This document shows, piece by piece, positions 17,741 through 25,978 of a stretch of 64,000 nt of DNA. Each line of letters begins with the position of its first letter. Within the stretch, counting starts at the first letter, position 1. Origin of the DNA: Deltaproteobacteria bacterium (GTDB lineage Bacteria > Desulfobacterota > Deferrimicrobia > Deferrimicrobiales > Deferrimicrobiaceae); the NCBI GenBank assembly GCA_037439645.1, contig JBBIVQ010000002.1:2282-66281 (forward strand), given 5' to 3'. Made by a program: the position numbers and the translations under genes. The notes under the pieces are model-generated. The model searched no databases. It was given only the letters and a program-made list of their open reading frames with translations, and had not been told where the DNA came from.

Positions 17741-17880
17741 CGGATGCATTATACACAAAACGACCACGCTTCTCCCGGCGGCGGGATGGCGGTCGACGGG
17801 CCATCGATCCGGCGCGGAAGATGTCCCGATTCCCCGTGAATTCGGGCGTGTCCTCCGGTAAGATGGTGAAAACGGGGGCG

Positions 17881-19575
17881 ATGCCCATGAACCGAAGAGG
17901 TTTCAACGAACGGCTTCTCTCCACCCTCTCCGTCCCGGCGTCGGAGGCCGGGACGCTTCTCGATCTCGCGCGCGCGGAGGGGGGGGCTTTCCCGCGTCTC
18001 CTCGTGACCCGGGGGCACCTGAACGGCGAGACGTTGAGGGACGCCTACGAGTCCATCTGCGGAATCCCCCCGTTCCGGGCGGACGCCGATCCCGCGCGCC
18101 CCCTGCCGGGAGAACTCCTCCCGCTGCCGTTCCTCCGCGCGAAGCTGGTATACCCGGTGTCGGTTTCCGACGGGGCCGTTACCGTCGCGATGTCCGATCC
18201 GCTCGACGCGGAAGCGCGGGAGGCGATCGCCAAGGCCACCGGGAAGCGCGTCGAGGTCGTCGCCGCCACCGAGGAGCAGATCCGGGAGGCGATCGAGAAG
18301 ACGTTCGGCGGCGCGGCCGGTTCGATGGAGCGTTTCGTGGAGCAGGTCGGGGACGAAGGCGTGGAGGCGGCCCCCGGTGACGAGCGGGTGGAACAGTTGA
18401 TCGGCGTCGCCTCCGAAGCGCCCATCATCCGGCTGGTCAATTTCGTCCTGGCCCGGGCGATCGAGCGCGGTGCGAGCGATATCCATCTCGAGCCGTACGA
18501 GAAGGCGTTGCGCGTCCGCTACCGGATCGACGGGGTCCTCGAAGACGTGGAATCGCCGCCGCGGCGCCTCCAGACCGCGATCATCTCCCGCATCAAGATC
18601 ATGTCCCGGCTGAACATCGCGGAGAGCCGCCTTCCCCAGGACGGCAGGGTGAGGCTCCGGATCGGCGGCAAGGAGATCGATTTCCGCGTCTCGACGATCC
18701 CCACCCTGTACGGCGAGAGCGTCGTGATCCGGATTCTCGACCAGGCGTCGGTCCCGCTCGACATGGGGACGCTCGGCTTCTTCCCGGACACGCTTTCGAC
18801 ATTCCGCCCGATGGTGTCGGCGCCGTACGGGATGATCCTGGTGACCGGCCCCACCGGAAGCGGGAAGACGACCACGCTGTACGCGGCCCTCCAGGAGATC
18901 CGGTCGCCCGGGCGCAAGATCATCACCATCGAGGATCCGGTGGAGTACCAGATCCCCGGCGTCATCCAGATCCAGGTGAAGCCGCAGATCGGCTTGACGT
19001 TCGCCTCCGGGCTGCGGTCGATCGTCCGCCAGGACCCCGACGTCATCCTGGTCGGCGAGATCCGCGACCGCGAAACGGCGGAGATCGCCATCCACTCGGC
19101 GCTCACCGGGCACATGGTCCTCTCCACCCTCCACACCAACGACGCCCCCGGGGCGGTCACGCGCCTCCTCGAAATGGGGGTCGAGGAGTACCTCCTTCCG
19201 TCGGTCCTGATCGGCGTGCTCGCGCAGCGGCTCGTGCGGACGGTCTGCACCGGGTGCTCCGCCCCGCGGGAGATCTCCGGCGCGCTCCGGGAGGATCTCC
19301 TCCGCGAGGCGGGATTCGTCCCGGAGGGGGACCTGCGGATCGGCCGCGGGTGCGAGGCGTGCGGCGGGACCGGATACCGCGGGCGGTCGGGGATCTTCGA
19401 GCTGCTTCCCGTCACCGGGGAGATCAAGGAACTGATCCTGTCGCGGGCCGATGCCGGAACGCTCCGGACGCGGGCGGCCGCCGCGGGGATGCGGCCGCTG
19501 CGCGACGACGGGTGGGAGAAGGTGCGGCGGGGGACCACGACCGTGGAGGAAGTCCTCCGGGTCACACGGGCGTAG
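17881..19575 (+). CDS. gspE: Type II secretion ATPase
   Basis: ASDIHLEP, DIAE-like NIAESRLPQDGR, TGPTGSGKTTTLY, TIEDPVEY, RQDPDVILVGEIRD, LSTLHTND; exact start uncertain. Confidence 0.93.
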   Translation: MPMNRRGFNERLLSTLSVPASEAGTLLDLARAEGGAFPRLLVTRGHLNGETLRDAYESICGIPPFRADADPARPLPGELLPLPFLRAKLVYPVSVSDGAVTVAMSDPLDAEAREAIAKATGKRVEVVAATEEQIREAIEKTFGGAAGSMERFVEQVGDEGVEAAPGDERVEQLIGVASEAPIIRLVNFVLARAIERGASDIHLEPYEKALRVRYRIDGVLEDVESPPRRLQTAIISRIKIMSRLNIAESRLPQDGRVRLRIGGKEIDFRVSTIPTLYGESVVIRILDQASVPLDMGTLGFFPDTLSTFRPMVSAPYGMILVTGPTGSGKTTTLYAALQEIRSPGRKIITIEDPVEYQIPGVIQIQVKPQIGLTFASGLRSIVRQDPDVILVGEIRDRETAEIAIHSALTGHMVLSTLHTNDAPGAVTRLLEMGVEEYLLPSVLIGVLAQRLVRTVCTGCSAPREISGALREDLLREAGFVPEGDLRIGRGCEACGGTGYRGRSGIFELLPVTGEIKELILSRADAGTLRTRAAAAGMRPLRDDGWEKVRRGTTTVEEVLRVTRA

Positions 19576-19578
19576 CCG

Positions 19579-20802
19579 ATGGCGGTCTTCGGGTACCGGG
19601 TCACCGACGCGTCCGGCCGGGTCACCGAAGGGGTGATCGAGGCGGCGGAGGAGGGGGCGGCGAGAGACCGTCTGCGCGAGCAGGAGCTGACCCCCATCCG
19701 CGTGTGGGCCGCGTCGGCCGGCGTCGGTCCGATCGCTCCGGAAGGGTCGCACGGGACGGGGGTCCGCGCCGCGCGGAGGGACCTTCTGCCGTTCCTCCAG
19801 GGGTTCCGGACGCTCCTGGCGGCCGGCGTCCCGATCGACCGGGCGCTCGAGATGATGGCCGACCTGTTCCGCGGCGGGCCGATGGGGGCGGTGGCGGTGT
19901 CCCTGCTGCGCGAGATCCGGGCGGGGAGCTCCCTCTCCGACGCCATGCGAAAATCCCCCGGCTCCCCCTTCAGCCGGTTTCTCGTCCAGATGGTACAGGC
20001 GGGGCAGGCGACCGGCCGGCTCGAGGAGGCACTGGACCAGGCGTACCGGTTCCTCGACCGGTCGAAGGCGTTTCGTTCGAACCTGCTCGGGTCTCTCATC
20101 TACCCCGTCATCCTCCTCGTCGCCTCCATCGTGTCGGTGGTCCTCCTCGTCGTGTTCGTCGTTCCGCGATTCGCGGGAGTGTTCGCCTCCTCGGGGGTGC
20201 TCCTCCCGCTTCCGACCCGGATCCTCCTGTCGGTCAGTTCCTTCCTCTCCGGGAACTTCCTCTATCTTCTCGCCGCACTGGCCGCCGCCGTCGCCCTGTT
20301 CCGCGCCGCCCTCTCCCGGCCCGGGGCGAGACGGGAATGGGACCGTGGAAAGATGGCGTGGCCCGTCGTGGGGCGGGCCGTCACCGCGATGGAGACGTCC
20401 CGCGTGATGCGCTCCCTGTCGTCCCTTCTCTCCGGCGGGGTCCCGATCCTGTCCGCCTTCGTCATCGCGCGGGAGGTCAGCGGGAACGTGGCGGTGCGGG
20501 AAGGGATGGAGGCGGCGCGGCTGAAGGTGCAGGGAGGCTCCAAGGTGGCGCGCGCCCTCGCGGAGACGACGCCGTTCCCCGCGATGGCGCTCCAGATGAT
20601 CGCGGTGGGCGAGGAGACGGGGCGGCTCGAAGAGATGCTTGCGTCCGTGGCCGACGCGTTCGAGGACCAGGCGAACCGGAGCATGAAGAATTTCCTGACG
20701 ATCCTCGAGCCGGCCGTGATCCTCGCGATGGGCCTGCTGGTCGGGTTCATCGTCTTCTCGATGTTCCTTGCCGTGTTCCGTCTCAACGAGGTGCCGTTCT
20801 GA
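19579..20802 (+). CDS. gspF: Type II secretion inner-membrane platform protein
   Basis: Two T2SSF repeats (AGQATGRL, AVGEETGRL), LIYPVIL, ILEP. Confidence 0.93.
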   Translation: MAVFGYRVTDASGRVTEGVIEAAEEGAARDRLREQELTPIRVWAASAGVGPIAPEGSHGTGVRAARRDLLPFLQGFRTLLAAGVPIDRALEMMADLFRGGPMGAVAVSLLREIRAGSSLSDAMRKSPGSPFSRFLVQMVQAGQATGRLEEALDQAYRFLDRSKAFRSNLLGSLIYPVILLVASIVSVVLLVVFVVPRFAGVFASSGVLLPLPTRILLSVSSFLSGNFLYLLAALAAAVALFRAALSRPGARREWDRGKMAWPVVGRAVTAMETSRVMRSLSSLLSGGVPILSAFVIAREVSGNVAVREGMEAARLKVQGGSKVARALAETTPFPAMALQMIAVGEETGRLEEMLASVADAFEDQANRSMKNFLTILEPAVILAMGLLVGFIVFSMFLAVFRLNEVPF

Positions 20803-21242
20803 TGCGGCGGCGCGGGGCGTTCACCCTGGTCGAGCTGATCGTCGTGCTGGCGCTCGTCGGGCTGCTGGCGGCCCTGATCGCGCCCTCCTTCACCCGCACG
20901 ATCGTTTCCGCGAGACTTCGGTCCGCCGCATCGGACGTCCGGGGGGTCCTTGCCCGCGCGCGCGCGCTGGCGGTCGCCGGGGCGCGGGACCGCGTCGTCA
21001 CGTTCGATCCCGGCAACGGCACGTTCGGCATCGACAACGATACGGTGCACCGCCTTCCGGAGACGATCCGGCTCGGCGGCGCGGGCGATCCGGAGGAAGG
21101 GCGAAACGGCGGGGAGTTCCGGGTCCGGTTCTTCGTCGACGGCAGCGCGCAGGAAGCGGAGATCTTCGTGACGGCGGAGGACGGCGGGAGGCTCCGGGTG
21201 ACGGTCGAGCCGTTGACGGGGATCGCGGAGGCCGGGACGTGA
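20802..21242 (+). CDS. gspH: Minor pseudopilin, GspH/FimT-like
   Basis: RRRGA-FTLVELIVV N-methylation motif (Ala at -1), ARARALA; TGATG coupled to gspF. Confidence 0.8.
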   Translation: MRRRGAFTLVELIVVLALVGLLAALIAPSFTRTIVSARLRSAASDVRGVLARARALAVAGARDRVVTFDPGNGTFGIDNDTVHRLPETIRLGGAGDPEEGRNGGEFRVRFFVDGSAQEAEIFVTAEDGGRLRVTVEPLTGIAEAGT

Positions 21243-21640
21243 TCTCCGGGAAAGCCCGCGAGAAAGGGTTCACGCTCCTCGAAGTCATCGTGGCGATGGC
21301 GCTCTTCGCCGCGGGGATCGTCGCGATCAGCCGGCTCTTCACGGGGGCGCTTCGGCTTTCCGGCGGCGCGCGCGACGCCTCCTCCGCGGTGGTCTACGCC
21401 CGGCAGCGGATGGAGGAGGCGCTCCTTTTGCCCGATCCCTCGGAGGGGATCGAGCGGGGGACCTTCGGGGACTCTTTCCGCTGGAAAGTGGCCACGACGT
21501 TCGTCCCGCAGGAAGAGCCGGAGCCGTACGACGAGATCCGGGTCCTCGTGACGGTCACCTGGGACGATGGCGGGCACGAGCGTTCGATGGATCTGTCGGC
21601 GACGCGCTGGCGGTGGAAGGACCGGGATGAGGGCGCCTGA
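21239..21640 (+). CDS. gspI: Minor pseudopilin
   Basis: EKG-FTLLEVIVAM; GTGA overlap; position in operon. Confidence 0.8.
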   Translation: MISGKAREKGFTLLEVIVAMALFAAGIVAISRLFTGALRLSGGARDASSAVVYARQRMEEALLLPDPSEGIERGTFGDSFRWKVATTFVPQEEPEPYDEIRVLVTVTWDDGGHERSMDLSATRWRWKDRDEGA

Positions 21641-22277
21641 CGCGCGGGGAGGGCGAGGCTTCACGCTCCTCGAGCTGGTCGTCGCGATGACGATCCTCTC
21701 GCTGATCGCGGGGAGCGTGGCGGTGGGGATCCGACTCGCCGCCGGGTCGATCGAGCGCGGGGAGGCGGTGACGCGGGAAGCCTCCCGGCTGCGGGCGGCG
21801 ATCGGGGTCGTCGAACGGTCCCTCCGGTCGGCGGACCCCCTGCCTGTCGCGGTGGAGGACAACACGACGGCGTTCTTCATCGGCGAGGAGAAGCGTGTCC
21901 GGTTCCTGTGCGGCGCGGTCCCTCCCGCGTTGCGCGGCGGCGGCCCGCGGCTCGTCTCGTTTTTCGAGTTGCGGGATCCGGCGGCCGGCGGGCTCGCCGT
22001 GGCGACCGCCTCGCCTTTCCTTCCGGGCGGGGCGGGGAGCTGGGAAGGGACGGGAGGCGCGCGGGTCCTTCTCCCACGGGGGCGGGATCTGCTCTTTTCC
22101 TACTCGGGCGGTCCGACGAAGGAGGGGGCATGGGAATGGCTTCCGTCGTGGGACGTGAAGGAGGCGGGGAGGCTGCCCGCCGCGGTCCGGATCGAGTTCG
22201 TCGTCCCCTCGGAAGGGGGGGGGCGAAAGACCGCCTTCGTGGTCCCGATTCCCGCGGGAGGAGGGATCGGCGGATGA
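21627..22277 (+). CDS. gspJ: Minor pseudopilin
   Basis: GRG-FTLLELVVAM, C-terminal LPAAVRI. Confidence 0.8.
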   Translation: MRAPDARGGRGFTLLELVVAMTILSLIAGSVAVGIRLAAGSIERGEAVTREASRLRAAIGVVERSLRSADPLPVAVEDNTTAFFIGEEKRVRFLCGAVPPALRGGGPRLVSFFELRDPAAGGLAVATASPFLPGGAGSWEGTGGARVLLPRGRDLLFSYSGGPTKEGAWEWLPSWDVKEAGRLPAAVRIEFVVPSEGGGRKTAFVVPIPAGGGIGG

Positions 22278-23185
22278 GGCGGAACCGCGGGATCGCGCAG
22301 ATTCTCGTCTTGTGGGCACTGGCGCTGCTGGGAACGCTCGCCCTCGGGTTCTCCTGGTCGATGCGCACCGAGGCGATGGCCGCCCGGAACGGGATCGACG
22401 AGACGCGCGCCTACTTCCAGGCGCGGACCGGCGTGGACCGGGTCTTGAAACTCCTCGCCACCCTGCCGCCGGACAATGTCCTGCGGATGGCGATCGCCGA
22501 GTCCGACGGGGACGCGTCCTACGAGGTTCGCGTGGAGAGCGAGAGCGGGAAGGTGGACATCAACCTCGTGTCCGAAGGGGTCCTCCTCGAGATCCTCAAG
22601 AAAGGGGGGCTTCCGGCCGATGAGGCGGAAAGCGTCCGCGACGCGATTCTCGACTGGAAAGACGCGGACGATACCCCGAGAGCGCGGGGGGCGGAAGAAC
22701 CGGAGTACGCGCTGTCGCCGGAGCCGGCCCGGCCGCGGAACGGGAAGATCCTCGCGATCGGGGAACTGATGTACGTGAAAGGCGTCACCCCGGAGTTCTT
22801 CCGGGGGTTCCTGGCCCGGGTGTTCACGGCAAACGGGAACTCTCCCCATGTGAATTTCCTCCGGGCACCGGAGGCGGTCCTGCGTTCCCTCCCCGGTGTC
22901 TCCCCCGAAGCGGCCGCGCGGATCGTGGCGCGCCGCGCCGACGACCCGCCGATGACCGCCGCGGAACTCGCCGCGATGGTCGGGGAGGGGATTCTGACGG
23001 CAGAGGGCCTTGCGCTGGTCTCCGGGGCGAGCGCATCGAACGTGTACTCGATCACCGCGATCGGCAAGGCGGGGGGAAACGTGACGCAAGCGGTGCGATG
23101 CCTGGCGGAACTATCCGGGATCGGGGGGAAAGGGGTTAAAATACGGGGTTGGCAGGAGAACGTTTCGCCGGAGGAGGGCGGTTGA
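22274..23185 (+). CDS. gspK: Minor pseudopilin
   Basis: NRG-IAQILVLW (no Glu5), ESGKVDIN, AILDWKD, RPRNG, ELMYVKG, A..AVL..LPG. Confidence 0.85.
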   Translation: MRRNRGIAQILVLWALALLGTLALGFSWSMRTEAMAARNGIDETRAYFQARTGVDRVLKLLATLPPDNVLRMAIAESDGDASYEVRVESESGKVDINLVSEGVLLEILKKGGLPADEAESVRDAILDWKDADDTPRARGAEEPEYALSPEPARPRNGKILAIGELMYVKGVTPEFFRGFLARVFTANGNSPHVNFLRAPEAVLRSLPGVSPEAAARIVARRADDPPMTAAELAAMVGEGILTAEGLALVSGASASNVYSITAIGKAGGNVTQAVRCLAELSGIGGKGVKIRGWQENVSPEEGG

Positions 23186-24630
23186 ATCTGTTCCGGACGA
23201 CCGTGGGGATCGACCCGTCCGGCGGGGGGCTGGCGATCGTGTCGGTCCGCGCCGGGGTCGGCCGTCCTGCCGTCGTGTTTCCGCCTGCGTACCACGAGCC
23301 GAAACCGGAGAAGGAGCCGCTTCGCATCGAGGAGGCGGAGGAGATCCTTTGCGAATACGTCGCACGGCACGGGCTGGTCGGCGCGGAGGCCGTCCTGGTC
23401 GCGCCCGCGGAGCGGGTGTACCTCGCGCGGACCGCCTTTCCCCCGATGAAGGACAAGGACTTTCGGGAAGCCGCCGGACTCGAGTTGGAGCGGCTCTTCC
23501 CGGTTTCTCCCGATACTCTCCGGTTTGTGGCGCGCCGCCTGCAGGCACCGCGGGCAGGCGGAAGGACGGGGGTCGTCGCCGCCGTTCCCGCGCAATTCCT
23601 CGACCGGTGGGGAGAAACGGTCGGACGCAGCGGGTTGGCGCTGTCCGCCGCCGTTCCCGCCCCCTGGGCGGCCGGGGCGGCGATCCGCCGGGTTGGAGCG
23701 GCGGCCGATCCCTCCCGCCCCTTCGTCTTCCTGAGGGGAACCGGGAGGAGCGTGGAGTGCGCCGTGATCGAAGGTGGCGAGCCCGCCTTCTGCGCGTCCC
23801 GTCCCTGTCCTCCGGGGGAAGCGCCCTCGGAAGCGCTCTCCCTCGGGCTTTCCGGGCTCGTCGACTTGCCGGCGCCCGCCGGGGACGCCACGGTGGATCT
23901 GTTCGCGCCCCCTTCCTGGTACCCGGGGGGCGCCCACGGGGTGGAGGCGGGTGGAATCCGGTTCCGCCTGCGCGACGATTTCGCCGGAGCCGCCGCCGCG
24001 CTTTTCCCCGGTACGGCCGGGGGGGAGGCGGGAAGCGCGTTCCGGTTGCTCTGTGCCTTCGGGGCGGCACTCCCCGGGGACCGGGTGGACCTGCTCTCGA
24101 CGCAACGGAACGGGGGCTCTCCGGGGATCGCCCGGGCGGTCCTCGGTGTCTCCGCCGCCGCCGCGATCGCCCTCGGCGTCGCATGGCCGGCGACGGTCGC
24201 GAGGAAGACGAAGGATGAACTGCGGAGCCTGAGCGCACGGGTCGAGGAACTCCGGCCGGCCGTGCGACAGTACGAGGAAACGGTCGCGGAACTCGACGAC
24301 GCCCAGGGTCGGATCGCCACGCTTCGTGAGGAAGGGGCTGCGTCCGGCGAGACGCTCCGGATCCTGAAAGAGTTGACCGACCGGCTTCCGAACGGGACCT
24401 GGCTCCTCTCGTTTCGCGTCGAGGGGAGGAAGGTGGACCTGGAGGGTCTCTCCCCCTCCGCCAGCGAGATCTTTCCCGCGCTGACGCGGGACGGGCGGTT
24501 TCGGGGCGTCGAGTTCGGGGCGCCGATCACGCGCCAGGCGGACAACATCGAGCGGTTCAAGATCCGGGGAGAGTTCATTCCGCCGTCACAATCCGCCGGG
24601 TCCCCTCCCGGGGAGAAGGAGGGGAAATGA
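23182..24630 (+). CDS. gspL: GspL/PilMN-like assembly-platform protein
   Basis: Actin-like N-terminus (VGIDP), single TM, coiled coil, LP.GTWL.SF.....VDLEG PilN-type C-terminus; TTGA overlap. Confidence 0.75.
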   Translation: MNLFRTTVGIDPSGGGLAIVSVRAGVGRPAVVFPPAYHEPKPEKEPLRIEEAEEILCEYVARHGLVGAEAVLVAPAERVYLARTAFPPMKDKDFREAAGLELERLFPVSPDTLRFVARRLQAPRAGGRTGVVAAVPAQFLDRWGETVGRSGLALSAAVPAPWAAGAAIRRVGAAADPSRPFVFLRGTGRSVECAVIEGGEPAFCASRPCPPGEAPSEALSLGLSGLVDLPAPAGDATVDLFAPPSWYPGGAHGVEAGGIRFRLRDDFAGAAAALFPGTAGGEAGSAFRLLCAFGAALPGDRVDLLSTQRNGGSPGIARAVLGVSAAAAIALGVAWPATVARKTKDELRSLSARVEELRPAVRQYEETVAELDDAQGRIATLREEGAASGETLRILKELTDRLPNGTWLLSFRVEGRKVDLEGLSPSASEIFPALTRDGRFRGVEFGAPITRQADNIERFKIRGEFIPPSQSAGSPPGEKEGK

Positions 24631-25259
24631 GTCTCGCTTCCGCTCTTGCCGCGCGCGTTTCCTCGCTCTCCTCCCGGGAGAAGGCGCTGGTGTCGGCGTG
24701 CCTCCTGTGCGTCGTTCTCTTCGGCTCGGTGAAATGGGTGCTCCTGCCGGCGCAAGCGGAACACGCGAGGAACCGGGCCGCGATCTTCGAGCGCAGGGCC
24801 GCGATCGCCCGGTACGAGGCGATCGGCCGGTGGCAGGACCGCCTCGACGAGGAACTGTCGTTGCAGGCCGGGAGGGTGGAAGCATGGGAGGAAGGCCTGC
24901 TCGTCGGGGAGACTCCTTCCGCGGCGGGGGTCTTCCTCCAGGGTTTGCTGAAGCCTCTGACGCAACGTGCGGACACCCGCGTGACGTCGATCAGGGCGCT
25001 TCCTCCCGTGAAGCGCGGCGCATACACGGAAGTGGCGGTCCAGATGGAGATCCAGACGTCGACGGAGGGGCTCGCGCTCCTCCTTGCCGACGTATCCCGG
25101 CAGCAGAAGATCCTCCGGATCCGGAAACTGTCCGCCACAACGGGGGCGTACTTCGCGGGGCAGACGCCGCGGAAGGAAGTGGTCTCCGTGTCCATGGTGG
25201 TGGCGGGACTTTCGGCGGCGGCCGTGGACGACAAATCGCCGGGAGGGGTGGAAGAGTGA
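24627..25259 (+). CDS. gspM: GspM/PilO-like assembly protein
   Basis: SREKALV followed by a TM and coiled coil; position between gspL and the gspC-like gene. Confidence 0.7.
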   Translation: MSLASALAARVSSLSSREKALVSACLLCVVLFGSVKWVLLPAQAEHARNRAAIFERRAAIARYEAIGRWQDRLDEELSLQAGRVEAWEEGLLVGETPSAAGVFLQGLLKPLTQRADTRVTSIRALPPVKRGAYTEVAVQMEIQTSTEGLALLLADVSRQQKILRIRKLSATTGAYFAGQTPRKEVVSVSMVVAGLSAAAVDDKSPGGVEE

Positions 25260-25978
25260 AGCGTCCGGTCTTCATCGCGTCGATCCTTCTCCTGCTGGCG
25301 TTTCTCTTCGGTTGGGAAACGCGGCAGGCGTGGCTGGCGGTCCCCGGCGGAACGGACAACACGGCGGCGGCCCCGCGGGACCTCTGGCAACCCGGGGCCG
25401 CGACCCCCGATCCCGCGCCTCCGGCGGACACGGGACCGATCGTGGCGGCGATCGCGGCGCGGCCCCTCTTCCGGGCGGACCGGCAACCGTACCGCGAATC
25501 CGCCGTCGCGGCCGCCGCCGCGAGGAATTACGAATCGGAACTCGCCCGCTTCACGCTCCTCGGCGTGCTCGGGATCGGGGATACGCTCACCGGGCTCGTG
25601 GTGAGCAAGTCCGGGACGCGGACGGACCGATGGGAGCTGAAGGCTGGGGACGCGCTTCCCGGCTTTACCGTGAAAGCGGTCCGCGCGGACGGCATGGCGG
25701 TGATGGCCGACGGCCGGGAATTCCTCCTTCCCCTCTACGCCGGGGCGCCGACGGCCGCCGCCGGGGCCCTTCGCACGGAAACCCATCGCCGTGATGCTCC
25801 GCCGCCCGCCTCCCCGGTCGCGCATCCGGCCCCTTCGGTGCCGTCCCCGGCGCCTTCCGCACCTGCGGTTTCGGGGCAGGCCACCGTACTTCCCTCCCGG
25901 GTGGCGCCGCCGCCCAGGAATGTTCCGTACCGGTCCGCCCCGATGGGGAACCCGAGGTTCCTCCCGGCAAGACGATGA
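25256..25978 (+). CDS. GspC/GspN-like periplasmic T2SS protein
   Basis: N-terminal TM, RPLF..DRQP, LLGVL, GD.LPGFTV..V...HR-like domain, Pro-rich tail; GTGA overlap. Confidence 0.6.
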   Translation: MKRPVFIASILLLLAFLFGWETRQAWLAVPGGTDNTAAAPRDLWQPGAATPDPAPPADTGPIVAAIAARPLFRADRQPYRESAVAAAAARNYESELARFTLLGVLGIGDTLTGLVVSKSGTRTDRWELKAGDALPGFTVKAVRADGMAVMADGREFLLPLYAGAPTAAAGALRTETHRRDAPPPASPVAHPAPSVPSPAPSAPAVSGQATVLPSRVAPPPRNVPYRSAPMGNPRFLPARR

